Part shown: piece after piece, positions 1 to 10,398 of the stretch
Numbering within the stretch: the first letter of the stretch is position 1
How the letters are laid out: each line of letters opens with the position of its first letter
NCBI GenBank assembly: GCA_963803805.1
Contig: CAWDOD010000011.1
Coordinates: 1-64,000, forward strand
Direction: 5' to 3'
DNA: 64,000 nucleotides
Origin: an uncultured cyanobacterium
GTDB taxonomy: Bacteria > Cyanobacteriota > Cyanobacteriia > Cyanobacteriales > CAWCAG01
The notes under the pieces: model-generated
What the model was told of the DNA's origin: nothing
Seen by the model: the letters and a program-made list of their open reading frames with translations, nothing else
The model's database searches: none
Translations under genes and position numbers: made by a program

Positions 1-1
1 T

Positions 2-811
2 ATTTGTCTGACCATTTGCGGCTATGGAGTGATGACGGGTTATGACACTTTAGCTGCAATTTACATCCGCCATCAGCTTTCTTACTCCAAAACTGCCCTT
101 GCTGCATTCATTACCATTGCTGTTAGCAATACTGTGGGTTTGGCTTTACTTAGTGGCAGTGCAATCCGTTATCGTTTCTATACAGCTTGGGGTTTATCAA
201 AAATCGAAATCGCGCAAATAATCGCCTTTTGTAACTTCGGTTTTTGGTTGGGAATGTTAGCACTAGGGGGTATTTTGTTTATTGTTGAATCTATTGCAAT
301 ACCTGACTTAGTCAAGTTACCCTTCTCTTCGGTTCATTTACTAGGGGGAATATTTCTCTGTTTAGTAATTGGGTACTTGGTTTTGAGTATTTTGAGTCGT
401 GGCAAAACTTTGCAGTGGCGAGATTCACTTTTTCAGGTTCCCCCTCCGAAACTTGCTGCTACTCAAATCATCATTTCTTCTCTAGATTGGGCTATGGCTG
501 CAGGAGTTCTTTATTTACTCTTAAATCATAATGGTCAACTACCCTATCCTACTTTCTTTTGTATTTACCTACTGGCACAATTAGGAGGCATTATTAGCAA
601 CGTCCCTGGTGGCTTAGGAGTGTTTGAAACTGTTATTGTGCTAATGCTAAAACCCAAGATTCCTGCTGATATCACCTTGGCTGCATTGCTAGCTTATCGA
701 GGCATATACTATTTTTTACCCTTTGTTATTGCAATTTTACTGCTGGGTTGGCACGAGGTTAAGCAGCAACGTCAGAAGAAATTAGAGAGTGGTTCTTTTC
801 TTGATCACTAA
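2..811 (+). CDS. Lysylphosphatidylglycerol synthase TM-domain (UPF0104/MprF flippase-like) membrane protein, 5' end outside window
   Basis: Frame is open back to the window start; highly hydrophobic; motifs SGSAIRYRFY, VPGGLGVFE and LLAYRGIYYFLP are typical of this family. Confidence 0.85.
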   Translation: MCLTICGYGVMTGYDTLAAIYIRHQLSYSKTALAAFITIAVSNTVGLALLSGSAIRYRFYTAWGLSKIEIAQIIAFCNFGFWLGMLALGGILFIVESIAIPDLVKLPFSSVHLLGGIFLCLVIGYLVLSILSRGKTLQWRDSLFQVPPPKLAATQIIISSLDWAMAAGVLYLLLNHNGQLPYPTFFCIYLLAQLGGIISNVPGGLGVFETVIVLMLKPKIPADITLAALLAYRGIYYFLPFVIAILLLGWHEVKQQRQKKLESGSFLDH

Positions 812-885
812 ATGTATGTAGTTGTCTGTCAAAGCAATATTTTTGGATGCTTTGTGTGATAAGATGCTATTCTTTTACCCCTTTA

Positions 886-908
886 CCTGTCAATTGGAAA
901 TTGACAGG
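886..908. terminator. Hairpin between convergent genes, probable bidirectional terminator
   Basis: Perfect 10-bp inverted repeat CCTGTCAATT-GGA-AATTGACAGG. Confidence 0.5.
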
Positions 909-938
909 CCAGTAGGTTATCTGTAGTTAATTCCTGAC

Positions 939-1853
939 CTAAATATTTTGTGCAGCATCAACCACCTGCTGTCGTAACCACTGATGGGGAGGATAATTAG
1001 TATTACGCTGATGCCAAACCATCGAAATGGTAAAGCCTTCAATGGCAATTGGTGGTGGCAATAACTTGAGGTTCATTGCTTTGGCACATTGTTGGGCCAT
1101 GCGTTGGGGAAGCAATGCCACACAGTCTGAATTAGCAAGTAGAAAGGGAACTGTTATAAAGTGAGAAGTAGACCAAATTACTTGGCGAGATTGTTGTTGT
1201 TGTTTTAGTATCTCATCTGCTGCTCCTTGAAAATCATCCCGCATGGATACTAATATATGCGATCGCCTAAGATAATCTACCATAGACAATTCTGTCAGAG
1301 ATTCATCCCCCCTACAAACACAGACAAACTCCTCTTGATACAAATTTTCCTCAACGTGCCAGCTTTTTAAGGGTAATTTGGCATTAATCACTAAGTCGAT
1401 GCGGTTATCATCTAAAGCTGCCATGACAGTCTCTTTGTCAAGATTACTAATGCGGATGCGGATACCTGGGGCTTGATTGCTTAGTTGTTGTAGTAATTTA
1501 GGCCCAATTGTCGCCTCAACATAATCACTGGCAGCGATGTTAAAAGTATCCTGTGCCGTAGCAGGGTTAAAAGTTTCTTTGACAAGCAAAGTTGACTGAA
1601 TTTCTAGGAGAATTTCCCGGATGCGATCGCTGATTCCATGGGCATAAGGAGTAACTTCCATTTCCCTAGAGGTGCGAATGAGAATGTCATCTTGCAAAAT
1701 AGTTCGCAGGCGTTTGAGGGAATAACTCATCGCTGATTGACTCATATTAAGTCTTTCCGCTGCCCTGGTGACACTAGCTTCGGCAATTAACACATCAAGG
1801 GTGATTAACAAATTCAGATCGAGTTGGCGGAGATTGGTGTAATCAATACTCAC
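939..1853 (-). CDS. LysR-family transcriptional regulator
   Basis: N-terminal HTH (LDLNLL...SVTRAAERLNMSQSAMSYSLKRLR) plus substrate-binding domain; divergent from the SDR operon. Confidence 0.95.
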   Translation of the reverse strand: MSIDYTNLRQLDLNLLITLDVLIAEASVTRAAERLNMSQSAMSYSLKRLRTILQDDILIRTSREMEVTPYAHGISDRIREILLEIQSTLLVKETFNPATAQDTFNIAASDYVEATIGPKLLQQLSNQAPGIRIRISNLDKETVMAALDDNRIDLVINAKLPLKSWHVEENLYQEEFVCVCRGDESLTELSMVDYLRRSHILVSMRDDFQGAADEILKQQQQSRQVIWSTSHFITVPFLLANSDCVALLPQRMAQQCAKAMNLKLLPPPIAIEGFTISMVWHQRNTNYPPHQWLRQQVVDAAQNI

Positions 1854-1983
1854 TTTAAGGATCAGCTCAATATATTAATGCTATCGATATCTAGTATTGA
1901 TTATATTTGTTTGACTAATAAAGTTGACTTCACTAAATTTAATGATGGTGTACGAGTAAATTAGGGTTGAACAGGTTAAAGCT

Positions 1984-2742
1984 ATGAATCGATTTGTTGA
2001 TAAGGTTGCTTTGGTTACTGGTGGTGGTTCAGGTATTGGTAGGGCTACTGCCCTTAAATTCGCTTCAGAAGGGGCAGCCGTAGTAATTGCTAATCGCAGC
2101 GAAAAGGCTGGGCAAGAAACCGTTGCCTTAATTCAACAAGCTGGTGGCAAAGCTAGTTTTTATCCCACAGATGTAACTAAACTTGAAAACGTCCAAAATT
2201 TAATCAAATATACTGTTGATACTTACGGTGGATTGCACGCTGCTTTTAACAATGCTGGGGCAGAAGACTCCCAGGCTATGACTCCAGATCAAAAAGAAGA
2301 CACTTTCGATTTAGTAATGAATGTCAACGTTAAAGGGGTCTGGTATTCTATGAAATGCGAAATCGAATATATGTTAGACAATGGCGGTGGTGTAATTGTC
2401 AATACTGCCTCTATTGCGGGACTGATTGGCTTTCCTGGCCATGCCCCCTATACTGCTTCCAAACACGCTGTACTAGGTTTAACCAAAACTGCTGCTTTAG
2501 AATACGCTAAACAAGGCATTCGTATTAATGCAGTTTGTCCAGGGGCAATTGAAACTCCAATGCTGGAAGACTTTACCGGAGGAGATAGTTCCACTATCGA
2601 GTATATGAAATCTTTGCATCCCATTGGTAGATTGGGTAAACCAGAAGAAATTGCTGATGCAGTGGTTTGGCTATGTTCCCATGAGGCTTCCTTTGTCTTA
2701 GGGCAGGGAATAACTGTAGATGGTGGCTTTACAGCCATTTAA
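1984..2742 (+). CDS. Classical SDR oxidoreductase
   Basis: TGGGSGIG, NNAG, catalytic YTASK. Confidence 0.95.
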   Translation: MNRFVDKVALVTGGGSGIGRATALKFASEGAAVVIANRSEKAGQETVALIQQAGGKASFYPTDVTKLENVQNLIKYTVDTYGGLHAAFNNAGAEDSQAMTPDQKEDTFDLVMNVNVKGVWYSMKCEIEYMLDNGGGVIVNTASIAGLIGFPGHAPYTASKHAVLGLTKTAALEYAKQGIRINAVCPGAIETPMLEDFTGGDSSTIEYMKSLHPIGRLGKPEEIADAVVWLCSHEASFVLGQGITVDGGFTAI

Positions 2743-2786
2743 CTTGGCTAAAAAATTGGGCGATCCCCCTAAATAGGAGTAAATAC

Positions 2787-3437
2787 ATGAAAATTGCCTT
2801 TATTGGCTATGGCAGCATGGCGGAAGCCTTAGCTTCAAAATGGGTTAAAAAACACTCGCTTTTTATAGGTGGCCGCAACTTAGAAAAAGCTGAAAACCTA
2901 GCTAAAAAACTAGGAGTAAATGTTGAATTTGGTTCAGAATCTGAGGCAGCTTCCTTTGGTGAAATTGTCGTCTTAGCAACTCGACATGAAGTGGTTTTTG
3001 AAGTGATCAAAGCTGCTGGTGGTAACGATGCTTTAGCTGGAAAAGTTTTACTCGATATTAACAATCCCGTAGAACTCTCTGATTTTTTAGCTAAAAGTTA
3101 TGATGGTATTTCTTTAGCGGAAAAAATAGCTGAAGCCGTTCCTAATGGTAATGTTGTCAAAGCATTTAATATGTGCCAAGCGAAAGTTTGGCAGATGAAC
3201 CCACCCGTATTTGATAATCGTCCCCTTGTGGTTATGTACTGTGGAGATAACGATCCAGCTAAACAGAAAGTTGCCCTTTTAATTGAAGATGTCGGTTGTG
3301 AAGCTAAAGACATCGGCGATTTAAAATATGCTCGACTACTTGAATCTACTGCGGCAATTGTGATTAAATTATTATTTTCAGGACACGAGGCTTATACAGT
3401 TTTAAATCTCATCCAACCAGAAGTAAAAGCAATTTAA
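2787..3437 (+). CDS. NADPH-dependent F420 reductase-like oxidoreductase (F420_oxidored family)
   Basis: Rossmann IGYGSMA, DINNP, VVKAFN motifs; SD (AGGAG) upstream. Confidence 0.85.
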   Translation: MKIAFIGYGSMAEALASKWVKKHSLFIGGRNLEKAENLAKKLGVNVEFGSESEAASFGEIVVLATRHEVVFEVIKAAGGNDALAGKVLLDINNPVELSDFLAKSYDGISLAEKIAEAVPNGNVVKAFNMCQAKVWQMNPPVFDNRPLVVMYCGDNDPAKQKVALLIEDVGCEAKDIGDLKYARLLESTAAIVIKLLFSGHEAYTVLNLIQPEVKAI

Positions 3438-3712
3438 ACAAACTTAAAAAATCTGCATCTTTTGCCTGTCTTACCTAACTAAAACAAATAATCTGAATGT
3501 CAAACTCTAAAGGAATATTATATTTGTTGAATATAAAAAAAGTTTGATATCAAGTAAAGCGGTCAAGTTCTCTCTTTCAGATCCATACACCATAGATAGG
3601 AAAAACAATTCGTCAGAAGTTAAAAAATATCTTAAGATTGAACAATAAAGAAAGAAATAAATTTCTTGACATCTAATAACTTGACGAATAAGAAAACCAC
3701 AGGAGGAAACTT

Positions 3713-4792
3713 ATGGCCCTAGTACCAATGCGGTTGCTATTGGATCATGCAGCGGAAAATGGTTATGGTATACCTGCATATAACGTTAATAATATGGAGC
3801 AAATCCTAGCGATTATGCAGGCTGCTGAAGAAGCTGATAGCCCCGTAATTTTACAAGCTTCTCGCGGCGCACGTAAATATGCAGGAGAAAACTTTCTACG
3901 CCATCTAATTATGGCAGCCGTAGAAAGCCATCCTGATATTCCCATTGCCATGCACCAAGATCATGGTAATAGCCCTGCTACTTGCTACTCGGCTATCCGT
4001 AATGGTTTCACCAGCGTAATGATGGATGGTTCCTTAGAAGCAGATGCCAAGACTCCCGCTAGCTTTGATTACAACGTCGATGTTACGGCTGAAGTAGTTA
4101 AGGTTGCCCATGCCGTTGGTGCAAGTGTAGAAGGAGAACTAGGTTGCTTAGGTTCTTTGGAAACTGGCCAAGGGGATAAAGAAGATGGACACGGTTTTGA
4201 GGGTACTTTAAGTAAAGAGCAACTTCTTACTGATCCTGATGAAGCTGTTGAGTTCGTAGAACGTACTCAAGTTGATGCTTTAGCCGTCGCCATCGGAACC
4301 AGCCACGGTGCTTATAAATTCACCCGCAAACCTACTGGTGAAATTCTCGCTATTAGCCGCATTGAAGAAATCCATAAGCGTTTACCTAACACTCACTTAG
4401 TAATGCACGGTTCTTCTTCTGTTCCTCAAGAATGGTTGGATATGATCAACCAATACGGTGGTAATATTCCTGAAACCTACGGTGTACCCTTAGAAGAAAT
4501 TCAAAAGGGTATCAAGAGTGGTGTACGCAAGGTTAATATTGATACGGATAACCGTTTAGCTATCACCGCAGCCATTCGTGAAGCAGCGTTTAAAGATCCT
4601 TCTAACTTTGATCCTCGCCACTTCCTCAAGCCTTCTATCAAATATATGAAACAAGTTTGCTTGAAGCGTTATGAAGCTTTTGATACTGCCGGTAATGCTA
4701 GCAAGATCAAGCAAATGACTTTAGAGGATTATGCTGCTAAGTATGCGAAAGGAGAATTATCTGCTAGTCCGAAAAAGACTGTTGCTGTGTAA
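3713..4792 (+). CDS. fba: Fructose-bisphosphate aldolase class II, cyanobacterial type
   Basis: [15 protein letters not shown] start, [20 protein letters not shown]; strong SD AGGAGG. Confidence 0.98.
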   Translation: MALVPMRLLLDHAAENGYGIPAYNVNNMEQILAIMQAAEEADSPVILQASRGARKYAGENFLRHLIMAAVESHPDIPIAMHQDHGNSPATCYSAIRNGFTSVMMDGSLEADAKTPASFDYNVDVTAEVVKVAHAVGASVEGELGCLGSLETGQGDKEDGHGFEGTLSKEQLLTDPDEAVEFVERTQVDALAVAIGTSHGAYKFTRKPTGEILAISRIEEIHKRLPNTHLVMHGSSSVPQEWLDMINQYGGNIPETYGVPLEEIQKGIKSGVRKVNIDTDNRLAITAAIREAAFKDPSNFDPRHFLKPSIKYMKQVCLKRYEAFDTAGNASKIKQMTLEDYAAKYAKGELSASPKKTVAV

Positions 4793-4857
4793 TGAAAATC
4801 TTCTAGTTGAGAGCAGATAGTAGACTAGTTTGGCAATTGTGGCAAACTATAATTCCA

Positions 4858-4886
4858 GGGTAGTATTAAACACTACCCATTTTTTT
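4858..4886 (+). terminator. Rho-independent terminator after fba
   Basis: GGGTAGT-N7-ACTACCC stem followed by a T run. Confidence 0.6.
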
Positions 4887-4933
4887 GCTCATTTTTATAA
4901 TAAGAATACGATGTCTTTATTAATAACAAAATC

Positions 4934-5290
4934 ATGAAACAATTTATTGTTACTTGGCTAATTTCTGCTTTAGCTTTACTAATTACAGCTATTCTCGTTC
5001 CCGGCTTAGCTATTAGTGGGGTTGTCGCAGCAATCATCGCAGCAGGATTTTTAGGCTTAGTTAATGCTACTGTTAAGCCGTTATTAGTATTATTTACTTT
5101 ACCTTTAACTTTTCTAACTTTGGGGTTATTTCTTTTGGTAGTTAACGGTATTGCCCTGGGTTTAGTGGGTTACTTAACTCCAGGTTTCGCTGTGGGTGGT
5201 TTCTTTCCCGCTATTTTGGGTTCAATTGTTCTCTCATTTATAACAAGCTTATTGGACAGGTTTTTCTTAGGTAAAGTCCAAGATTTTTAA
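4934..5290 (+). CDS. Phage holin family 4-TM membrane protein (YvlD-like)
   Basis: GLVNATVKPLL...LPLTFLTLGLFLLVVNG signature; hydrophobic throughout. Confidence 0.88.
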   Translation: MKQFIVTWLISALALLITAILVPGLAISGVVAAIIAAGFLGLVNATVKPLLVLFTLPLTFLTLGLFLLVVNGIALGLVGYLTPGFAVGGFFPAILGSIVLSFITSLLDRFFLGKVQDF

Positions 5291-5369
5291 TCAAGCTGTT
5301 AACAAAGGAAAGTATTCTTAATACTACTCAAGAAAAGCTACTCTGGACGGAGATTGCTATCTGTACTCC

Positions 5370-6074
5370 ATGAAAATACTCATTGTTGAAGACGAACCAG
5401 AAATAGCTAGACTGATTCAGCAAACCTTAGAAAGGGAAGGATTTGACTGTATTAAAGCTGGGGATGGTTTAACTGCTTTGAGTATTTTTGGGGAACAACA
5501 ACCAGATTTACTAATTTTGGATCTGATGCTTCCTGCCTTAGATGGGTTGGAGATTTGCGCCAGAATTCGTCAACAACCAGGGAACAAAGATCCTTACATT
5601 TTGATGTTAACTGCAAAGGGAGAAGAAATAGATAGGGTTATTGGTCTTTCTACAGGGGCTGATGATTACTTAATCAAACCTTTTAGTCCCAGAGAATTAG
5701 TTGCCAGAGTCAGGGCTTTATTACGGCGTAGCTTGCGTCAAGGAGGACAACCTCAACTGATTCGTACCCCGCATTTTATCATTGATCCAGAGCAGCATAA
5801 AGCGTTTCGTCAACTTGACTCTGAACAACAAGAACTTTTAGATTTAACTACTTTAGAATTTAATCTTTTGGCCACTTTGATTAGTCAACCTGGGCGAGTC
5901 TGGAATCGCTCTCAATTAATCGATAAATTGTGGGGAAATGACTTTTTTGGAGATGAGAGAGTTGTAGATACCCATATTGCTCGTTTACGTAAGAAAGTTG
6001 AACCAGATCGCTCTAATTCTTACTTTATTAAAACTGTAGTTGGTGTTGGTTATAAATTTGAAGATGAAATTTGA
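5370..6074 (+). CDS. OmpR-family response regulator with no adjacent kinase
   Basis: REC domain (VEDE, LDLMLP, KPFS) and winged helix (VDTHIARLRKK, TVVGVGYKF). Confidence 0.95.
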   Translation: MKILIVEDEPEIARLIQQTLEREGFDCIKAGDGLTALSIFGEQQPDLLILDLMLPALDGLEICARIRQQPGNKDPYILMLTAKGEEIDRVIGLSTGADDYLIKPFSPRELVARVRALLRRSLRQGGQPQLIRTPHFIIDPEQHKAFRQLDSEQQELLDLTTLEFNLLATLISQPGRVWNRSQLIDKLWGNDFFGDERVVDTHIARLRKKVEPDRSNSYFIKTVVGVGYKFEDEI

Positions 6075-6474
6075 TTAAGTATATAGAAAAAAAGATTAAT
6101 TTATGTCCCAAGAGAGAAAATCACCGATTTTTTTGATAAATCTATCTAGGGGGGTATACGAGCTGTATCATCGACCCAGAGAATTTATGGTTGGCAGTTT
6201 AATTATTAAATAAAGAAAGGATGAATTTAGAAATCAACTTACGATCGCACCAATCTTTACTCGGAACACTCTTAAAAAGCTACTCGTCTTGTCAGACTGT
6301 ATAATACAAGCAGTAGCTGAAGTATAACTTAACACTATAAAAATTATAGTCAAATAAACTGAGTTATTAAAGATAACATTCCACTACTTTGACCATTAGT
6401 ATCCAAGCATCATTAAGTCATTAAGTCATTAGGGTGTCAAACAAAACTAACTTTTAGTTAATTTGACTTCAGCA

Positions 6475-7725
6475 ATGAAAACTAAGCAACTGAGTTGCTA
6501 CAGTCGCAGGCTAACAAGTCTTATGCTAGTAATCTTGCTAGTAAGTTGCGGCAACTCCAAAACCAAAACTGTCAATACTATTGATCCTGCTGCTCAAGAA
6601 GATAATTCTGAGAGAGTTCTAGCAACTTCTTCCCAAGAAGAGGCTGCAACCATTAGTGAAATTCATAAAAGTCCTGTTTGGGCAAAGTTACTCAATGCTA
6701 CTCAGGAAAAAGCTGCTAAGAAAAACATGAAGCTGCGCTTTGGGGATACTGTACGTACCCAAGGGCAGGCTTTGGCCCAAATAGATATGAAAAGTGGCCT
6801 CGCCTTCCGGATTGGTGGTGATTCGGTTTTAACCATCCAACCGGATAACAAACTTCATCTCAAAGAAGGGGAAATGATTACTTGGGTACAACCAGGTAAA
6901 CAAGTACCAGCAGAAATCGTTACCCCCAGTGCCACAGCAGGTATACGCGGTACTACGGTTTTTATTAAAACACCAAGTGATGCTAGTCAAGAAACAGAAT
7001 TCTTTGCTTGGGAAGGTAGTGTGGCGGTTTCCCTTCCTAATCAACCAGGGGAGGTATTACTAAAATCAGGGGAAGAAGTCAAAGTTAAAAAAAGCGACAA
7101 AAATATTGAGCAAATACGCCGCAGGATACGCAAAATACCTCGTCAAGAGTGGCTTCAACGTCGTCAACAAAGTCCCCTGATTAATAATTTTGCTAGACCT
7201 TTACCAACTTTAGCCAAAATTGATAGAACAGCACCATCCCAAGCAAGGGATACAGCACCAATCAAGAGTGGAAATCCGAGATCACGAATTAGTCCAGAAG
7301 AACCAGTTATTCGTAGAGGAGAGAGTAGAAGCGAGAGCAGGAATAGGGAAATTCCCCCTATAGAGAATAATCCTACTCCAACCCCTCCACCAAGACCTAG
7401 TGTTTCTTTAGAACCTAAACCTAAGCCCAATCCTGCTATAACAGTAACGCCGTTTAAACCAGAGAAGCCGAAACCAGAACCTAGTTTAGATAGAACTTCA
7501 AGACTTGAGGATGAAGATTCTAAATTAGAAAAAGAAACAAACTCAATTCCTATTAACTCGATTTATTGCTGGATTGAGACGAAGAATCAAGACAATAGCC
7601 AGTTAGATGAGCAACCAGGAATTGAACATTTAATTTGTCCTGCTAGATCTGTCAAAGTTGAAACTCAACCTCAAAATGAGACTCGCCCCTCTTCTACATC
7701 TACTACATCTACTGAAGATAAATAA
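6475..7725 (+). CDS. FecR-domain lipoprotein with Pro-rich C-terminal tail
   Basis: Lipobox LLVSC; FecR-like GDTVRT...TPSATAGIRGT; ATG at 6475 preferred to the TTG at 6463. Confidence 0.8.
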   Translation: MKTKQLSCYSRRLTSLMLVILLVSCGNSKTKTVNTIDPAAQEDNSERVLATSSQEEAATISEIHKSPVWAKLLNATQEKAAKKNMKLRFGDTVRTQGQALAQIDMKSGLAFRIGGDSVLTIQPDNKLHLKEGEMITWVQPGKQVPAEIVTPSATAGIRGTTVFIKTPSDASQETEFFAWEGSVAVSLPNQPGEVLLKSGEEVKVKKSDKNIEQIRRRIRKIPRQEWLQRRQQSPLINNFARPLPTLAKIDRTAPSQARDTAPIKSGNPRSRISPEEPVIRRGESRSESRNREIPPIENNPTPTPPPRPSVSLEPKPKPNPAITVTPFKPEKPKPEPSLDRTSRLEDEDSKLEKETNSIPINSIYCWIETKNQDNSQLDEQPGIEHLICPARSVKVETQPQNETRPSSTSTTSTEDK

Positions 7726-7771
7726 CTATTATTAAGGGATACAGCTTACAATCGCTAACTTAAGTTAATTA

Positions 7772-9817
7772 ATGGAGTCTAGTCAACCTAAAACTAACAA
7801 GCGCTCTCCTTTCAAAAAGAAACACACCCGTCGAAAAACAACGACTCAGCAGAGGGTTTTCATCGCTATTTGGCGTTGGTTGAATTTAACAAGATTAAGT
7901 TACCTTTTGGTCTGCTGGTGGTCAATTTCTGGTGCGATCGCCACAGGGTTGAATTTTCCTGTGGTGGAGCAAATGGAAAAACAGGCTCAAGTCTTCTTTT
8001 TTCAGCTTAGGGGCCCCCTAGAAACTCCTAACGAGATTGTGATTCTCGATATTGACCAATCTTCTTTGGATCAAGGAAAATTTTATCAAGCAGAACCGGA
8101 ACTTTACCCGGAACTAGAACCTCTACAAGCTTGGCCATGGAAGCGTACAGCCTATGCTGAAGCGATTACTAAAGTTATGGAAGCGGGGGCTAAAGCAGTT
8201 GCTGTGGATGTGATTCTCGACTTACCTAGCAGCTATGGAACAGAAGACGATCTACGCTTGCAAGAAGTATTGCAAGAATATGGTGATCGCATTATCTTGG
8301 CCACCCATTATGAAGAAAATGAAGGGCAAGGTGTAGCCCAAAGAACTTTATCTAAACCCGACGCTATTTTTCAAGCCACCCCTGATAATTTGGGTTTAGT
8401 TAATTATTGGTACGAAGCAGATGGCCGAGTTCACCGCTTGGCCACAGAATATAATGAACAGGTTTTAGCTCCTTGGGGTTTGGGGGAAGGAATCCTTTCT
8501 TTTGCAGAAGCAACTTTGCAAGCAGCCAATATTGAGTTTGAGCAACCCAAAGGGCAATATATTGACTACTATGGCCCTCCTAGCAGTTTCAAGCACGTAC
8601 CCTTTTGGAACTTACTTGACTCTCGCAATTGGCAATTTCACTCCTCAAATCAGACTTTTAAAGACAAAATTGTCCTCATTGGTTCTACTGCTCCTACCCT
8701 AGAAGACTTTAAACGTACTCCCTTTTCTGAGGCTATGCCAGGGATAGAAGTTCATGGTAATGCGATCGCCACTTTAATGGAAGGGCAAGCGATCGCAGAA
8801 GCTTTACCCTCTCCCCGTGCTAGGGGGCTTCTTGTTTTGTTAGGAGTTGCCGGAACAGGAATTTTGCTAGTTAAGTCCCTTAAAAAGCCTGTCTTAACTT
8901 TAGTAGGAGCCTTAGCCGTAGCTATTGTTTGGGGAGGTGTTAGTTATCTTTGTTTTACTAACGCCAGTTTAATACTTCCCACTGCTGTACCAACTGTGGC
9001 CCTTACCCTTACAGGAGTCTCTTGTTTGGCGGTAGGAGCATTGAAGGCTCAAATTGAAAGATTGCGCCTTTACCAAACTTTGGGACGTTATGTAGCTGCC
9101 CCCATCGTTAATGAAATCCTGACTCATCACTCCGACGATTTCCGAGAACTTCTCAAAGGCAAAAAAATTAAAGCGGCGATCCTCTTTTCTGATATTCGCA
9201 GTTTTACCACCATGTCCCTCAAACTAGAACCAGAGGAACTGGTTGAAAAGCTCAATACCTACCTTAACGCTATGGTGGAAGCGATTTTAGCAGAAGGAGG
9301 AACCTTAGATAAGTTCATCGGTGATGCTGTCATGGCTGAATTTGGTTCCCCCATTTCTAGGGGAGCAAAGAAAGATGCTATGAATGCTGTACGTGCTGCA
9401 TTGAAGATGCGCGAAGCTCTGGCAAAGTTGCATAAAAGGTGGGAAGCAGAAGGAGAAGAGTTGTTTTTTAATGGTATTGGTATTAATTATGGAGAAGTGA
9501 TTGCCGGAGATATTGGTTCTGCCACCCGCCGAGAATATGCCGTAATTGGCGATACGGTTAATGTTGCTAGTCGAGTGGAAGGATTAACTGGAAAACTTTG
9601 GGTTGATATTCTTATTACTGATTCTTTGTACGAAATCGTTAAAGAAGAAGTTCAAGTTATTCCCATGGGAGAACATCAACTAAAAGGAAGAGGACAAAAT
9701 AAGGTTAAACTCTACAGCTTATTGGGAATGAAAGATGATGATATTTCCCTCTACCTTCATTTTCGTGATGAACTTCGTCGTCGTTTTGGTTATAAGCAAA
9801 AAAGTAATAATGGCTAG
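7772..9817 (+). CDS. CHASE2-domain class III adenylate/guanylate cyclase
   Basis: CHASE2 (IVILDID, WPWKR, PGIEVHG), three TMs, cyclase motifs FSDIRSFT, DKFIGDAVMA, VIGDTVNVASRVEG. Confidence 0.93.
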   Translation: MESSQPKTNKRSPFKKKHTRRKTTTQQRVFIAIWRWLNLTRLSYLLVCWWSISGAIATGLNFPVVEQMEKQAQVFFFQLRGPLETPNEIVILDIDQSSLDQGKFYQAEPELYPELEPLQAWPWKRTAYAEAITKVMEAGAKAVAVDVILDLPSSYGTEDDLRLQEVLQEYGDRIILATHYEENEGQGVAQRTLSKPDAIFQATPDNLGLVNYWYEADGRVHRLATEYNEQVLAPWGLGEGILSFAEATLQAANIEFEQPKGQYIDYYGPPSSFKHVPFWNLLDSRNWQFHSSNQTFKDKIVLIGSTAPTLEDFKRTPFSEAMPGIEVHGNAIATLMEGQAIAEALPSPRARGLLVLLGVAGTGILLVKSLKKPVLTLVGALAVAIVWGGVSYLCFTNASLILPTAVPTVALTLTGVSCLAVGALKAQIERLRLYQTLGRYVAAPIVNEILTHHSDDFRELLKGKKIKAAILFSDIRSFTTMSLKLEPEELVEKLNTYLNAMVEAILAEGGTLDKFIGDAVMAEFGSPISRGAKKDAMNAVRAALKMREALAKLHKRWEAEGEELFFNGIGINYGEVIAGDIGSATRREYAVIGDTVNVASRVEGLTGKLWVDILITDSLYEIVKEEVQVIPMGEHQLKGRGQNKVKLYSLLGMKDDDISLYLHFRDELRRRFGYKQKSNNG

Positions 9818-10398
9818 TCGCTACTCAATCGTTATTAATTATCAATGACTTCTTTCTTATCAGCGAGAGCAAAATGAGAAGTTATCGCCAAAATTACTAC
9901 AGTTATTACAATGTAAGCAATAGCTTCTAGAACCTAACCAGAATGGCTTTCTGCCATTAACAGGGCCAGAAAAGTTTGTTAAGGCTTTATGTAGAAATGT
10001 AACAATCAACGATCCCTGTTAAGAAACATGGCAGGTTCTTGACTTAATAGCTAAGCTGTGTGAGAAGCCACAATTTATTGAGTACAAATACTCAATGAGG
10101 AGGAATTATGCCCAGATCAATTTTGCTTCTTCATCTGTTTTATTGATTGCAACCTTGCCTAAAAGCTGTTTAACACTACCGCATCAATACTAATCAGCCT
10201 TTAGCCTAACGACTAAACAGTTTTTTGCAGCTATGTGTGATTCCCCTGTCCAAATTTTCCCAGATTTCAGTCTTAATTTATTTGTTCAACCCAAGCTACT
10301 TTTCGTCTTACTAAGGACATTTCAGTAAAAGTGCCAGTACAGCTAAACATCTGCTGGGCTTAAACCCAAGTAAGACATCACAAAATGGAGGTTTTGAT

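Noticed and set aside
818-915. MITE with GTCTGTCAA-type ends
   Set aside because: The IR is very imperfect and the right arm is already explained by the 886-908 hairpin
4934-5290. Prophage lysis gene
   Set aside because: This holin-like family is a common chromosomal membrane protein; no phage genes are nearby
10081-10093. Cyanobacterial LexA box
   Set aside because: AGTACAAATACT is shorter than the RGTAC-N3-DGTWCB consensus spacing
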